Source of the DNA: Azolla caroliniana
Taxonomy: Eukaryota; Plantae; Polypodiophyta
Direction: 5' to 3'
DNA: 64,000 bases
Assembly (NCBI GenBank): GCA_043228905.1
Contig: JBHGNT010000004.1
Location: 15,376,001-15,440,000, forward strand
In this document: positions 12,506 through 25,649 of the stretch, in pieces
Layout of the letters: each line of letters opens with the position of its first letter
How positions within the stretch are numbered: the stretch's first letter is position 1
Notes under the pieces: generated by a model
The model's database searches: none
What the model was told of the DNA's origin: nothing
What the model saw: only the letters and a program-made list of their open reading frames with translations
Position numbers and translations under genes: made by a program

Positions 12506-12972
12506 TTGCATCTGTGCTACTTCCTCTAACAAAAGAAACAAGCAGGAAGAGAAATCTATATAATACCAACCACAACTGCCAGCCAAGTAGAGATTTTTCA
12601 TTCTTTTGAAATTCACATTCAAAAGGCTGGTCTCTTTTACATGAAAATGTTACAACCTACTTGAAGAGCATTTACCATTCTTCCACATCAGCTTTGAATT
12701 TTCATCAAACTTGAACGTTATCCCTTTTGTAGTTTTGCATCTGTGCTACTTCATCTAACAAAAGAAACAAGCAGGACAGGAAATCTATATAATACCAACA
12801 CAGCCAGCCAAGTAGAGATTTTTCATTCTTTTGAAATTCACATTCAAAAGGGCGGTCTACACGTTCTTTTTTACATGAGAATGTTACAACCGACCTGAAG
12901 AGCATTTACCATTCTTCCACATCAGCTTCGAATTTTCATCAACTCTGAACGTTATCCATTTTGTAGTTTTGC
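12506..12972. repeat. ~230-bp tandem duplication covering the EBS/SHL stop codon and 3' UTR
   Basis: ttgcatctgtgctacttc...ttttgtagttttgc starts at 12506 and at 12736. Confidence 0.9.
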
Positions 12973-12978
12973 TTCAGG
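12952..12978 (-). CDS. EBS: EBS/SHL probable terminal exon 5
   Basis: ttggcag|PEAKLQNG*, positioned like the usual short xExKRRKR last exon. Alternatively the ORF reads through exon 4 to a TGA ending at 13992. Confidence 0.6.
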   Translation of the reverse strand, partial: PEAKLQNG

Positions 12979-13997
12979 CTGCCAAGGTAAAAGGACATTA
13001 GTTTTGAAACTTGCTTCCATTCCCAGGAAATTTGTGACTTCCAAATGTTAGCTGTGCATCACTGCCAGAAGCAAATTACAGTGAGAATAATGGCAAAAAC
13101 AAAGCTAAGGAAATTGTTGTGCAATAAGGAGTGTATATCAGCAAGGAAAGAGCATACTCGGGCACTAAAAGAGAAGAGCACAGGGAATTGTGCTATAATA
13201 TATGGTAAGCAAAGAAGTAAATGTGATTATTTCCATATTATTCATGGCTGCAGTTATAAATGGGGACAAAACAAGGGAACTTTGAAAGTATGACGTTTTT
13301 GCACTGGGCCATTCAACCGAAATGTTTCACTTTCAAAACTTGATTCATTTTAGACAAAAAATGTACTAATTTGTAACTACAAAACTTGCATTTAGGTTTA
13401 ATTTTCAGCTTGCCTTTTCATTTTAACATAGTTATTCATCTGAGATACATTGGAGAACCTCAGAATTGAACGAGTCAGGAGGTACAGTGTCCTACATCAT
13501 ATACAATTAAATGGTCATGCATAGACCTTTAAGTTCAGACTATGCAAGCTAATGAAAATACAGCTTATAACTAGGCTATATATTACAGCCTCAAGCAAAG
13601 AGAGTCTATATGTGCAGGCTGCTGTGATTTTGAGTTTGGTATAATTCCGCAACAAAATTCAAAATGAATGATAATCAGGACTTGAACTCGCAACTTCAGA
13701 ATTGGGGCAAATCGAACAGTTCAAATTGTGAAAATTGGGGGAATTGGCAAGTTTCTGGATTCTCTCATATTTATTGATGACTTTTGATACAATACTTGGG
13801 TATTACTAGGTGGTTGCCCACATTTTTATCCATATCACAAACCCATATGCATTTGCCATAAGTTGATAACTAAAAAAACTGTCACAGAAGGTTAAAGAAA
13901 TACATTATACATTAAACAATCTTCCCTATATAGGAACCCCTTTACAAATATTTGGGAAAAATATAATGCAAGACAACTATCAAACAAAATTTCAAAC

Positions 13998-14136
13998 CTT
14001 TGTTTCTACAGATGCATCTGGACCATTACTGGTAACTTGTTTATTTTTTTCTTCTTTGCTTGCACAGTCAGAACAAACAAATTCCTCCAACGTTTTTACT
14101 TGCTCTGGCGTAAGATTTACACAAGAAGGGTGAAAC
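13998..14136 (-). CDS. EBS: EBS/SHL exon 4 (PHD finger, second half)
   Basis: gcag|G-FHPSCVNLTPEQVKTLEEFVCSDCASKEEKNKQVTSNGPDASVETK|gtttg; completes the C4HC3 PHD. Confidence 0.93.
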
Positions 14137-14280
14137 CTGCATTTTCATAGGCCCAGTAAGACATTATTGTTACAAGTACAACTTGTTTCACCTATGTTTC
14201 ATATTTACTCATTATGTGAGCAAAGGACAAGTTCAGACAAACACAATTTGTTTCACCATCATGCTGCAAAATACAGCCAT

Positions 14281-14586
14281 GCACAAAACATAGATGCATG
14301 TATACATACCATATCCCACCAACTACCCATGGAGGGGAGAGGATTAAGTCATCTTCTTTCATGTATTTATGTGTCTCATGTTTACTTTATATGATGGTTG
14401 TCTGCAGTGTGCACTGGTCTATATGTGTGCAGATATGCACAAAACATAGATGCATGTGTACAAACCATATCCAACCAACTATCCATAGAGGGGAGAGGAT
14501 TAAGCCATCTTCTTTCATGTATTTGTGTGCCTCATGTTTACTTTATATGGTGGTTGTGTCTGCAGTGCGCACTGGTCTATATGTGC
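14281..14586. repeat. 156-bp tandem duplication in EBS/SHL intron 3
   Basis: gcacaaaacatagatgcatg... starts at 14281 and at 14437. Confidence 0.9.
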
Positions 14587-14726
14587 ATTTATGTTAACTG
14601 GTCTGCATGCATGATTGCATATTTAGAGCATGTCTACATTGATTTTTTAATAAATAGAATATATAAGACATTTTGGTTCAATGTTTCACCACTATAACAA
14701 GAAAGGCTGGAATATGGTGTTTCGGG

Positions 14727-17700
14727 TGTTGACATATTTTGGTAGTGATGTGTGTGAACACACTTAGGACAGTGATGTGTGAACACACTTAGGATAATGA
14801 TGTGTGTGAACACATTTAGGACAGTAATGTGTGAACACACTTAGGACAATGATGTGTGTGAACACACTTAGGACTACAGGGGCATTTTTTCCCTCTTTAG
14901 GAGGTTTTTTCCCCCTATCTAAAAATACTCTTACAACCCTAAAGTGGTGAAGCTTTTTGGGATTCAAAGTAAGAACCCAACAGTGGTATCAGAGCTACAA
15001 AGCGACATTTGAGCAGCAACACAACGGCTCTCATACGCAGTCCTTCTGTGCCATCTGTGGTGGTGTTTTTCTGCTGTTGAAAAAACAAATTTCTGCGTGT
15101 TTTCTTTCTCTGCGCAGTTTCAGTTGTGTTTTTTTTCTGCTTCCAAGTCAATTCAATCCTAGAAAAAAGCCTCCTTGAGTCTTCCAAGACATTCCTATAA
15201 CCCTCAAAAATCAGATTTGCTTCCCTTTTCTCTTCACTTGTTCATCTTTCAAGTAAAAAAGGTAAGTTATTCCCTTCAACAGTCCATTTTTTACATCAAA
15301 ACGTGTTTAGTCCATGGCCATGGCTGAGAGCAATGATGTATTTCGGATGCTTGCTGTTGAGGATAAACTAGATTGAACAAATTACCCTCTTTGGGCTTAT
15401 ATGATGCGCCATGTATTAGTAGCAAAGGGGTTGTGGAATGTGGTTCAAGGGGCTGAAAAACGTCCTGTTGTTGAGAACACATGCTGATTGTACTGATTCT
15501 GTCGAGGATGTTGATCATCTTGTTGATGCCCATGCTACAGTTTTTGTTGTACCAACTGCAGAGCAACTTCGTTGGGATGGCAGAGATGCTCAAGCACATG
15601 CTTTGATAGCTTTGTCTGTGAAGCGTGCCATTATTCCCCATATTCGCTCTTGCAAGACAGCAAAGGATGCTTGGGATACTCTTACCACTTTGTATCAAGC
15701 AAGAAATGAGGCTCATGTTGCTTATCCCTAAAAACAATTGGAGAGCGAGCACATGAATGAAGGGGATTCTATGGACAGTTTTCTTACAAAAATCAGATTT
15801 AAAGGAACAATTAATTTCTGTTGATGAAGTGATATCAGATAGTTCACTTGTGCTGACCGTTCTAAATGGTCTTCCTGATTCATATCAGAGTTTTGCTTCT
15901 ACTCTTCGTTTAATGATGAAAGGCAATCCCAATGCCTTATCATTCGAGGAGCTAGTCTCTGTTTTGTTACAGGAAGATCAGTCTAGGCAAAATAGGTCTA
16001 TTATGCATGTTGCAGATCAAGCTTTCCTAGCTAGTTAGAAGGGCAAAGGTAAATGGAACTCTTCTACTAGCAAGCAAAGATTTGCTAATAATTCACAAGT
16101 GAATGAAAAAAAACAAGAGCAGAAACAAAAACTATTTTGCAATATTGTAAAGGAATTGACCATATTATAAAGAACTGTCCAAATTTGGCTGCAAAAGAGG
16201 CAAAGAAAAAAGAGGTAGGACTCGTTGTTGCAGAAGTTTTTGCACCAAAAATAGTCTGCAAATCTTGTGCAGAATGAAGAATGGGCATTTACTACTGTTT
16301 GTAGTTTTGACCCATCTTCACTTGAACAATGTATGTCTGTTGCACAATCAGATGTTTGGTACTTCGACAGTGGGGCAACCAAACATATTACATCGCAACG
16401 CAATTTCTTCACTTCATTGGAGCCTGCCCCTACAGGGAATACTGTCACATGCACCAACAACTCATCTTATCCAGTTATGGGTGTTGGTAAGATCATTTTG
16501 ACTATTGCTGATGGTAGTCCTTTCATCTTGTCAGATGCTTTGTTTGTGCCAGGGATCAAGAAAAATCTGTTGTCAATTTCAGCATTAGCCAAAGTTGGCT
16601 TGGTTGTTAAATTTGTTGATGACAGGTGTACAGTTCATGATCTATCCAATGGGGATGTTATTATTGCTTCTGGCATTTTATGTCGTGGGCTGTATAAGCT
16701 CATAGATTATGAACGATCTATAAATGATTCAGCCTGTGCAATACAAGATTCTCGGGCTATTTCAGATGCAAAGATTTGGCATGCACGCTTTGGTCATCTG
16801 AATTTTGCAAGTTTGCTTCGCTTGCAAAAATCTGAAATGGTGTCATCCTTGCCCAAACTTGAGGCACCTCGGAAGCATGTTTGTGAAGGCTGCATTTTGG
16901 GCAAAATGCACCGTTCATCCTTTCCAAAAGATGGTTCAGTTCAAGCTACGCAGAAATTGCAACTTGTTCATAGTGATGTCTGTGGTCCTATGCAGACACA
17001 TTCTCTTGGGAACTATCTTTATTTTGTGACTTTCATTGATGACTTTTCTAGGCATGCATGGGTATATCCATTGAAGGCAAAGTCTGAAGTGTTTCTGTGC
17101 TTCAAACAATTTCTAGCTTTGGCTGAGAATTTGTCATCATGTAAAATGGGCACCCTCTGTTCTAATCGAGGGGGGGAGTATACATCTTCTGAGTTTAATG
17201 CATTTCTGGCTGAACGTGGGATAAAACACCAGTGTACAGTGCCATATACACCTCAACAAAATGGAGTTGTTGAAAGAAAGAACAGGTCACTCATGGAAAT
17301 GGCGAGGTGTATGGTCAAAAGTCAGGCCTTACCACAGTTTCTGGCTTGAGGCTGTCATGTGTGCAGCATATGTACTTAACAAGTGTCCCACTAAAGCATT
17401 GCACTCTATCACTCCATATGAAGCTTGGCATGGCCAAAAGCCATCTGTTGCTCATCTACGTGTTTTTGGTTGTTTGGCATATGCATTAGTGCCTAAACAA
17501 CAACGCAAAAAATTGGATGATAAAGCAGTGAAATGTATTTTTGTAGGATATAGTTCTGAAAGTAAAGGCTATCTATCGTCTGTATCATCCACAATCTAAA
17601 CGCATTTTGGTTAGCCGTGATGTTGTTTTTGTGGAGGATGCAATTCAACCACTCTTTCATGTACGAAGGAGACATCAGTTAGCTCCAAAGATATGTATAA

Positions 17701-19873
17701 CACTTTGTTGCCTCTGTTTACAAGTGGACAATTAAGTGTTGAACCACTTGAGGCACCTTCTCAGCCTTTGGAAGCTACTCATAATGATGCAGATCATTCC
17801 ATTTCTGATGCAGATCAGTCTATTTCTGATGCAGACTTACATGATGCACTTATTAATGAGAGGGCTGATATAGAGGAGGCAAAGATTGTGCCTAGATGGC
17901 TGTTGCAGACTTTGCAAGACAGTAAATTGGATTTTCCTTTGCCATACCATACTTGTTCAAGTTATCATAGTGCTTCTTTTGCATCAGATTGTTATGCAAT
18001 GGCTGCCTCTAGTCTTTGCAATGAGAGTGAGCCTGTTTCTTTTGATGAAGCACAAAATTCAGAAAATTGGATGGCTGCTATGCAATCAGAATATGAGGCT
18101 ATTATGAAGACTGGTACATGGTCTTTATGTGACTTGCCTCCTGGCAAGAAGGCTATTGGCACTAAGTGGGTATATAAGCTAAAGCGTAAACCTGATGGAA
18201 CAATTGACAGGTATAAAGCTAGGCTTGTTGCAAAAGGTTATGCCCAAGAAAAAGGCATCGATTTTGATGAGACCTTTGCTCCCACCTGCCGTATGACTAC
18301 TGTTCGTAGCATCTGTGCAATTGCAACTCATCATGGTTGGAATGTACATCAGTTGGACATTAAAACAACATTTTTAAATGGTGATCTTCATGAGGAAGTG
18401 TATGTATCCTAGCCCCGTGGTTTTGTGCAAAAAGGGCATGAACACAAAGTGTGCAGGTTGCGAAAGGCATTATATGGCTTGAAGCAAGCACCGCGTTCGT
18501 GGTATGAAAAGATACATGCCTATTTGATTGCATTTGGGTTTGAGAATAGTCCAACTGAAAGCACCTTATATGTTAAGCGTGTTGATGATGTATTTCTGAT
18601 CATGGTTGTGTATGTCGATGATATGTTGCTCACTGGTCCCAATGAGAAGCATATTGCTGACTTTAAGGCTGATTTGCATGCCTCCTTTGAGATGTCAGAT
18701 TTGGGGCATTTCTATCATTATTTGGGCATTCAATTCATGCAAGTTGATGGTGGAATAGCTTTGTGTCAATCGAAATACATCGACACATTATTACAGCGTT
18801 TTGGCCTTGAAGACTGTAAACCTATTGCCATTCCCATGGAGACAGGTTTACGTTTGAGCCTTCATGATGCTGGAGATGCATTTGATGCTGTTCTCTATCA
18901 GCAAGCAGTTGGATGCTTGATTTACTTATGTATAACCTGACCTGATATTCAGTTTGCTGTCTCTCAGATGAGCAGGTTTATGCATTGCCCAGGAGTTAAG
19001 CATTGGCAGGCAGTTAAGCGCATCTTTCGCTACTTGAGTGGTACCCGGTCACTTGGGTTGTTTTATCCCAAGGGGGGATCCACTACCGCCAAACCTGCAT
19101 GCTTTTTCTGACTCTGATTGGGCTGGTTGTTATGACACTCGTGTGTCCACAAGTGGTTTTTGCTTCATGCTTGGTAGCTCATGCATATCTTGGTTGAGCA
19201 AGAAGTAGCCTACTGTGGCCACTTCTAGTTGTGAGGCTGAGTATAGGGCAGCTTTCACAGCTACAGTTGAGTGTGTGTGGCTCAGACGCCTTTTAGCAGA
19301 TTTGGGTGTTGGTCAGTCTTCTGCCACCACCATCTTCACTGACAGTCAAAGTGCAATGGCAGTTGTGAGGAACCCTGTGTTCCATGCTCGCACTAAGCAC
19401 ATTGAGGTGCATTATCACTATGTCAAGGAAAGGTTCTCCGCTGGAGAGATCAGTTTGGCTTATTTGCCCACGCAGGAGAACATTGTAGACCTCTTCACAA
19501 AGGCTCTGCCTAGGGAGAAGTTTGAAGCTTTCCGCAAAGCTTTAGGCCTAATCCCATTTGTGGATTCATCTCTATCCACATAGCTTGGCACTTGTTTAAC
19601 CATGAGTGTCAGCTCCATGTTCACTGCATCACTCCCAAGGGGGATTTGTTGACATATTTTGGTAGTGATGTGTGTGCACTTAGGATAGTGATGTGTGTGA
19701 ACACATTTAGGACAGTAATGTGTGAACACACTTAGGACAATGATGTGTGTGAACACACTTAGGACTACAGGAGCATTTTTTCCCTCTTTAGGAGGTTTTT
19801 TCCCCCTGTCTAAAAATACTCTTACAACCCTAAAGTGGTGAAGCTTTTTGGGATTCAAAGTAAGAACCCAACA
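14727..19873 (+). mobile_element. Full-length Ty1/copia LTR retrotransposon (disrupted gag-pol) in EBS/SHL intron 3
   Basis: LTRs 14727-14982 and 19647-19873 (TG..CA); TSD TCGGG on both sides; PBS TGGTATCAGAGC (tRNA-iMet) 14984-14995; PPT before 19647; DSGA protease, WHARFGH and HSDVCGP integrase, [15 protein letters not shown] RNase H. Confidence 0.97.
14745..14875. repeat. 25-27-bp minisatellite in the copia LTR (5 units; 4 units in the 3' LTR at about 19665-19766)
   Basis: Unit GTGATGT(GT)GTGAACACACTTAGGACA. Confidence 0.95.
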
Positions 19874-20532
19874 TCGGGAAGAAGTATTTCATCACCAGAA
19901 CATCATTGCTGGTATGTGAACTTGTGTTGTGTGTATGCATCTCCTGTGAGCTTGTATGATGTGAGCGGATGTCTTTGCTTGTATGCGTCTTTTGTGACAT
20001 TTCTCGATCTGCCATGACAGACCACAAGCCTAAAGAGGCTATTAAGAGCTTGAAAAGAAGAGCTCAAAGATTCCTCTCAGTGTTGGCATCAGTCATTACC
20101 CTTATCATCATTATTTATTATAATCTCTCTCATCTGTTTCTGTACCTCATTTTACCATCGTCATATACTAAGTAACTCCATCACCATACTCAAGCTCTTA
20201 AAACTATCAGTACCATGTTGCTAACCCGTCATCAGTAATTCTCTCGTTCCAGTTGATTAATGCTTTTTTTATTCCATCTCCAAGGTCAGTAATTTGAGTC
20301 TTTTGTCCCTCACATGTGCTCCCTTGATGCATCTTGCAAATTAATAGAGCTTCTAATCTATTGTGTTATATCTGGACTCTGTACACAACCTTAGATTCTA
20401 GTAATTACAGAACTTCCCCCCATCATACATGTGGGCCACTTTCATTGTCGCACAACCAAAGGACAAGCGCACATATATATTAATCCTTTTGTCTTTTATT
20501 AAGTGCAATTCCGAAACATCCGCTAAAGAGAG

Positions 20533-21710
20533 GCAAAAAGAAAGAAAGAAACATATATTAACGTCTTTTAAGAGCCTATAACACCAAACAAGAGATTACA
20601 TCTTAAGTGTTGTCTCGTCTTTGAGAACAACAAATCAACAAATCCAAATAAAATAAATATTACTCCATAAATATAAAAGTAAATAAGATAAAAAGAGACA
20701 AGGGAAACTGATTTTCAGCAAATGTCAGATTCTCAAGTTAGATGTAACTTTTGTCTTTTCGAAAGATCTCTAGCATAGGTCGATTCTACTCCATGTTTCT
20801 ACTCCACGAGAAAGTCGGACACAAGCAGCCTCCCGTAAAGAGAACCTAGGCCCTGTAAATGTTACTCCTAGGTATGTGTAGGAGCGTGTGTATTCCACCT
20901 TTTCCTCTCCCAAGAAGAATTCCGGTTGTGATCTTGTTACCCATGCTTCAGTGGTGTTAAACACCATCACTTTAGTTTATCCATGTTGATTGACAAACCT
21001 TTGTTCGTACAAAATAGTTTTAAGGCATTTAGATGTCTTTGTAGTCCCTCCGGAGAGTCAGAAATCAGCACAATATCATCAGCATATAGTAATATTTGTA
21101 TAGCTATACCTGCTAGGCATGCTCCTGAACCCCCCAAATCACTCTATGTAATGTGATACCTCATCTATATAGAGACCGAAGAGAGTGGGTGATAGTGGGA
21201 ATTCTTGCTTCATTCCAATTGTGCTAGCCACCGCCTCTAACAAACCCTTGGAAGACTGCACTTTTCCTGACACGGATTCATAGAGTGCATAGATTCCCCA
21301 TTGCATATCTGCAGGAACACCAAGAGCTTCTAGACGCTAGCTACATAAGCCGAGCACGTGGCACAGTGGCTTTTCAGAAATCCACAAAGCAACAATAAAT
21401 CCTCTTATTATGGGCTTGGTCCTCAATAAGGACCCGGAGGGTCAATATGTGATCCAAAGTTGTGAACCCCTTCCGAAAGCCTGCCTGTCCAACTGAACGG
21501 CAGCCATTTTGCTCTACCCATTTACTCAATTCTGATTCTAGAATCGAGCCATATAGTCTAGCCAAGTAATGGCCAATCATGATTCTCCTATAGCTGCTTG
21601 GCATCATGGGGTCTCCACTCTTGAGGATTGGCACAATAGTATGCCGAGTCCATCTAGTAGGGAAACCTTGACACATGGCTCTATTAAAGATGAAAGTAGA
21701 AAACAATAAA
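20533..21710 (-). mobile_element. RTE/RTEX-like LINE: RT domain joined by an internal deletion to the 3' end
   Basis: IVPILKSGD...QAGFRKG.TT.DHI...CFVDF, PLSPTLF, LLYADD, YTYLGV; 3' end homologous to 5105-5545. Confidence 0.9.
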
Positions 21711-21912
21711 TAGAAATTTCAAGTTTTACAACTAGAAATATGTGAGTGCAATCCTTCATTCCATTACGACACCAATTATAGAGTGCTTTTCATTTTTGGT
21801 GGACAAAGCTCCATGTTACTGTATTCATACCTGAATTTTCGAACATACAACATTCTCTAATAATAATAATATGACTATTAACCCTAACTAGAACCTTACC
21901 AGTCAGCCTTAC

Positions 21913-21981
21913 CAGTCCTTGCATTCTTCACATTGCACCATTAAATCATCTGGATTATACGGCATCTCACATTTGCAATAC
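21913..21981 (-). CDS. EBS: EBS/SHL exon 3 (PHD finger, first half)
   Basis: YCKCEMPYNPDDLMVQCEECKDW; phases fit the flanking exons. Confidence 0.95.
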
Positions 21982-22559
21982 CTACAATACCCAAGCAATT
22001 ATATCAAAATCCTTGCATTTACAGTTCTCCGCTATAGAACTCTATACGTAGGAATCAAAAAGTGCCTTATGAAAAAGAATCCATATAAGCAGAATGCATA
22101 AAATACTATTACTCATACAGTATTGTCCCTCGTACAATTGGAGGTGAGACATTTTTCTAGCTATTTTTCAATAACATCTAAAACAACGCTCCCAAACACT
22201 AGAATTATGTTCTAAATATTGAATATAGATTTAAAGTAGTACAGATTCATGGTACACTACATTTTCTTAACTCATTGAAGCTAATATATCTGATCATGGT
22301 CATTACAAGCACATCGATGCTTACATATCTATAAGACTTCCTATAGATAGTTTCAAATACCCAAATATATAGAAAATCTTGATGCGTGTCTGAGCAAGAG
22401 AAGGAGACAACCTGAAATAATAAACTATGCAGTTGCGGGGATGACGGCTTATGCACTGAAGACAAAACTATATTAATCAACTGAACACAATGGGCCAAAG
22501 GTTTGAACAAAGGTAGTTAGAGTACTTATTGTGTCGACTGCTCTGTTTATTCTTTTATC

Positions 22560-23520
22560 TATTTACTGTGTCGAATGTTCGAATCTATTCTCTGCTACAT
22601 ATATTCACTAACAGTCGATCAGGATCTTGTGTTCTAAGCCTAGTATTAGGTTTTGCGTGATCAGTGTTTGCATAAGTTTTGAGTAAGTAACTAATTTCGA
22701 CAACCATGAATTCTCTTGTTGTACACACCACAACAAAACAATTTTGCTGTGCAAAAGAATCACACAATTCTTGAGACGAACATGTGGAAGATTCATTGGG
22801 CAAAGGCAGCAGTCACAACTGCGTATCTCATCAACGGGTGGTGCATGACTGAGGGTTTCCATGTGACCCCCTTGTTACGGCAGTCCGAAACGCACCATAC
22901 TAAAGTGCGAGGCCGTTCAGGCAGATACTACACCATCTCGTCATCGTTGACTGGGACGTTGATGGAGATGACTGATTCGCACAAATCTTTGATCTTGAGG
23001 GTATAGTCTGTTACAAACATATCCCTCTGCATAATATTATTCAATACCTGTAGGATTTGAAATTTTCAGTCCATGGTTGAAGCCGCAAAAGTCTTCTTCA
23101 AATTTTCCCATGCTTCCTTTGTGGCCTTCACGTATCGGATATAGCTTAACTTGTGATCTTGCAGAATTCTAACTCTCGAGAGTCAGAGTGTCCGAAAGCG
23201 TAGTGCGTGTGAGAGAGTGGAGAGTGAGCAAGAGAAGGAATCAAAGAAAACAACCATAAATAATAAAATACACAAGGGGGATGATAGCATATGCACTAAA
23301 GAGAAAACTATATTAATCAACTAAAAACCATCAACTGAACACAATGGGCCAAGTGGGTTTTATATACAAGTCCTCAAGGGATTGCCACATTAAATGTGGT
23401 TGGTGGGGCCTAGTCATAGTCATCCACTCGAGTACGATTCTGTCATAAGAATATCTAATATTCTTTGATCACATTTAAACTTGACAACTAACTAGATATC
23501 AAAATCTAGTTCTTCATGTC
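22560..23520 (-). mobile_element. Scrambled copia remnant (gag and LTR-like pieces; short integrase piece on +) in EBS/SHL intron 2
   Basis: Minus strand KEAWENLKKTFAAST...VTDYTLKIKDLCES matches the gag at about 41890-42040; YTPQQN on + at about 22720. Confidence 0.6.
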
Positions 23521-23762
23521 ACTAGATTGTTCATACATCGTCCTTTTCTACATAAGCACATGTTCACACGAGTTGAGCTTGATTCTCTATACCCTTAAAT
23601 AAGTAAATAGCACTTACAATAAATTATAATCTTGTGCTTATAATTCTATTTTAATATTCTAGAAACAATCACTAAATTGAAAGAAGGTACTTGCATTGCT
23701 ATCATAAGTATTCAAGTTAATAAAAAGGAATTTATCACTGAGTTGAAAAAGAAATTGCTTAC

Positions 23763-24105
23763 ACTGCTACTCTATCAGGGGTAAATGCACCAGTGGATGC
23801 ATGGTACTCAAACCGGCAGAAATAGTCCTCTGCCTCAACATTCTCAAGTATAGTATAGCTTTTGAATGAATGCACAGTACATTTTCCTTCAATGGTATCA
23901 GCACTCTGAATGTCAGTGTGGTCGGACAAGAAAACCTCTTTCACACCATGGAATTGTCGTCGTCCACCCATTGACTCTTCAGGTCGGTAGTACCAACGAA
24001 CTTCTACTTTCGCATTGTTCCTCCCATCTGCCCACATTTTCTCCAACCTTGCCACATACGGTGGTTTGTTGGCCTCCTGGTTCCGCAATAGAACAGCATC
24101 CCCAA
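23763..24105 (-). CDS. EBS: EBS/SHL exon 2 (BAH domain)
   Basis: GDAVLLR...PPYVAR...[26 protein letters not shown]...YFCRFEY...FTPDRVAV; AG/GT sites; BAH aromatic-cage Y/W/Y present. Confidence 0.96.
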
Positions 24106-24502
24106 CTACAAACCCAATCAGATTCAAAATATGTCAAAATAGTGGCCAGGACATGCCAAATGCCACCTGAAACATGAAAACACTCCCCCGAAATATGTCA
24201 AACACCACTCAAGACATTTCAAAGACCACCCAAAGCATGTCAGAGCGCATGTCTGACTTCCACAAAACAAAACCCCGAAAACATGTCAAAACACCACCCA
24301 AAACGCAAAACACTGCCCAAAATTCTAAAATATTAGTGCAAATTTGAGCATATTTTTTGGAATAGAACCTTCTGGAAGACGCTTTTCTAAAAAAAATGAC
24401 AAGAGAACAGATACAAAAGCATACTTCAATTTATTTTAAGGTTTGCGGAGAATTCAAGGCAGAAAAAAGATAAATAGGGGTGGACAGGGAGGGAAATCTT
24501 AC

Positions 24503-24575
24503 TTTTAACAACTTTTCCGGTTCCTTTGATGGTGTAGCTGTCGATATCTTTCTTCGGGTTTCTGGTCTTGGTCAT
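24503..24575 (-). CDS. EBS: BAH-PHD chromatin reader (EBS/SHL family), exon 1
   Basis: ATG at 24575, MTKTRNPKKDIDSYTIKGTGKVVK + 1 nt, then GTAAG donor; matches the EBS/SHL N-terminus. EBS versus SHL orthology cannot be resolved. Confidence 0.92.
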
Positions 24576-25649
24576 AGCTCTATAGCTATGGCGGTGGAGA
24601 GAAAGATGAGAGAGAAGATGACAAAGAAAGAAGGAATTCGGCCTAATAAAGAACGAGGTAAAACGCGAGGTTTCTGGTTCACTGTGCTTTTCGATTATTC
24701 GACGACACTGAACAATGACTGTCACACAAGGAAGGAGTGAGATTGGGAAAAAAGAAGAATATTTTACCAAGAAACAAAGATGATGAGCAAGGAGAAGAAA
24801 TGGAACCCATTAATGCATAAGGAGAATCAAAGCCTTCGAAATTGAGGAGCAAAATGGAGTTATGATATTTGCCGATAGGGGCCGTGGTTGAGATGTAGTT
24901 ACTTGTTAGTGTCTATTTGTTCAGATAATTGTGTGGGTTAGGTCGATGTAACCATGTAGTTTTGAAGGGACTCAAACGAGATATATTTGATGTTTGTAGC
25001 AAAGATGTGTTAAAGATAAGGATTTGAACCCATGACCTCATGTTGATACCTTACCAAGATAATAAAGTAATGAAAATCTACCAAAACATAGTATTTTTTG
25101 ATGAAGATAGATAGATAGATAGATAGATTTTGAATGTTCCTCAGAGACCTATGCGATGTATGAGGCAAGATACATAGATAGATAAATTTTTTTATCATCT
25201 TCGACGGTCAAATATGACCTATGGGACAAATTTATAACCTTTTCATGTAGTACATGTGAAAGTGAGGAGAAACTCATAATGTTCAAGAACTTTACTAATG
25301 AATGTCGCAATCCAGAGTGCGCACTCTGACTATGAGAGGAAATCATACAAGGTTTGGGTTTGGTCGAGAAAGTGTGTAAAGCATTTTATCAATGTGCGAT
25401 ACTCATACTCTCAAACTTGTATAGCGCAAACTATGCATGGTCAATTATTCTCATCAATTGTGCCCCAACGCACTATCTCACAACCTAGTGAGTTAAGCTA
25501 AGTCACATGGAAGCAATGGTTCAGAAGGCAAATAATGGGATGGGCTCTTAACATGTATTGATGTTTGTGGTTTCCCCATTCAACAAAGAACATGGTTTTG
25601 TAGTTTTTTGTAGATCGCTGCAACATATGTACTATTGGGCTAAAGATTG

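Noticed and set aside
13675-13700. B-box-like GAGTTCAAGTCC on the minus strand in EBS/SHL intron 4
   Set aside because: Single short match with no clear A box or related copy; could be chance.
14745-14875. Telomeric repeat or CRISPR
   Set aside because: TTAGG occurs only once per 25-27-bp unit, there are no unique spacers, and the array is part of an LTR.
23759-24127. Stand-alone 122-aa BAH-only ORF from the ORF track
   Set aside because: It is exon 2 of a spliced gene; the PHD exons are at 21913-21981 and 13998-14136.
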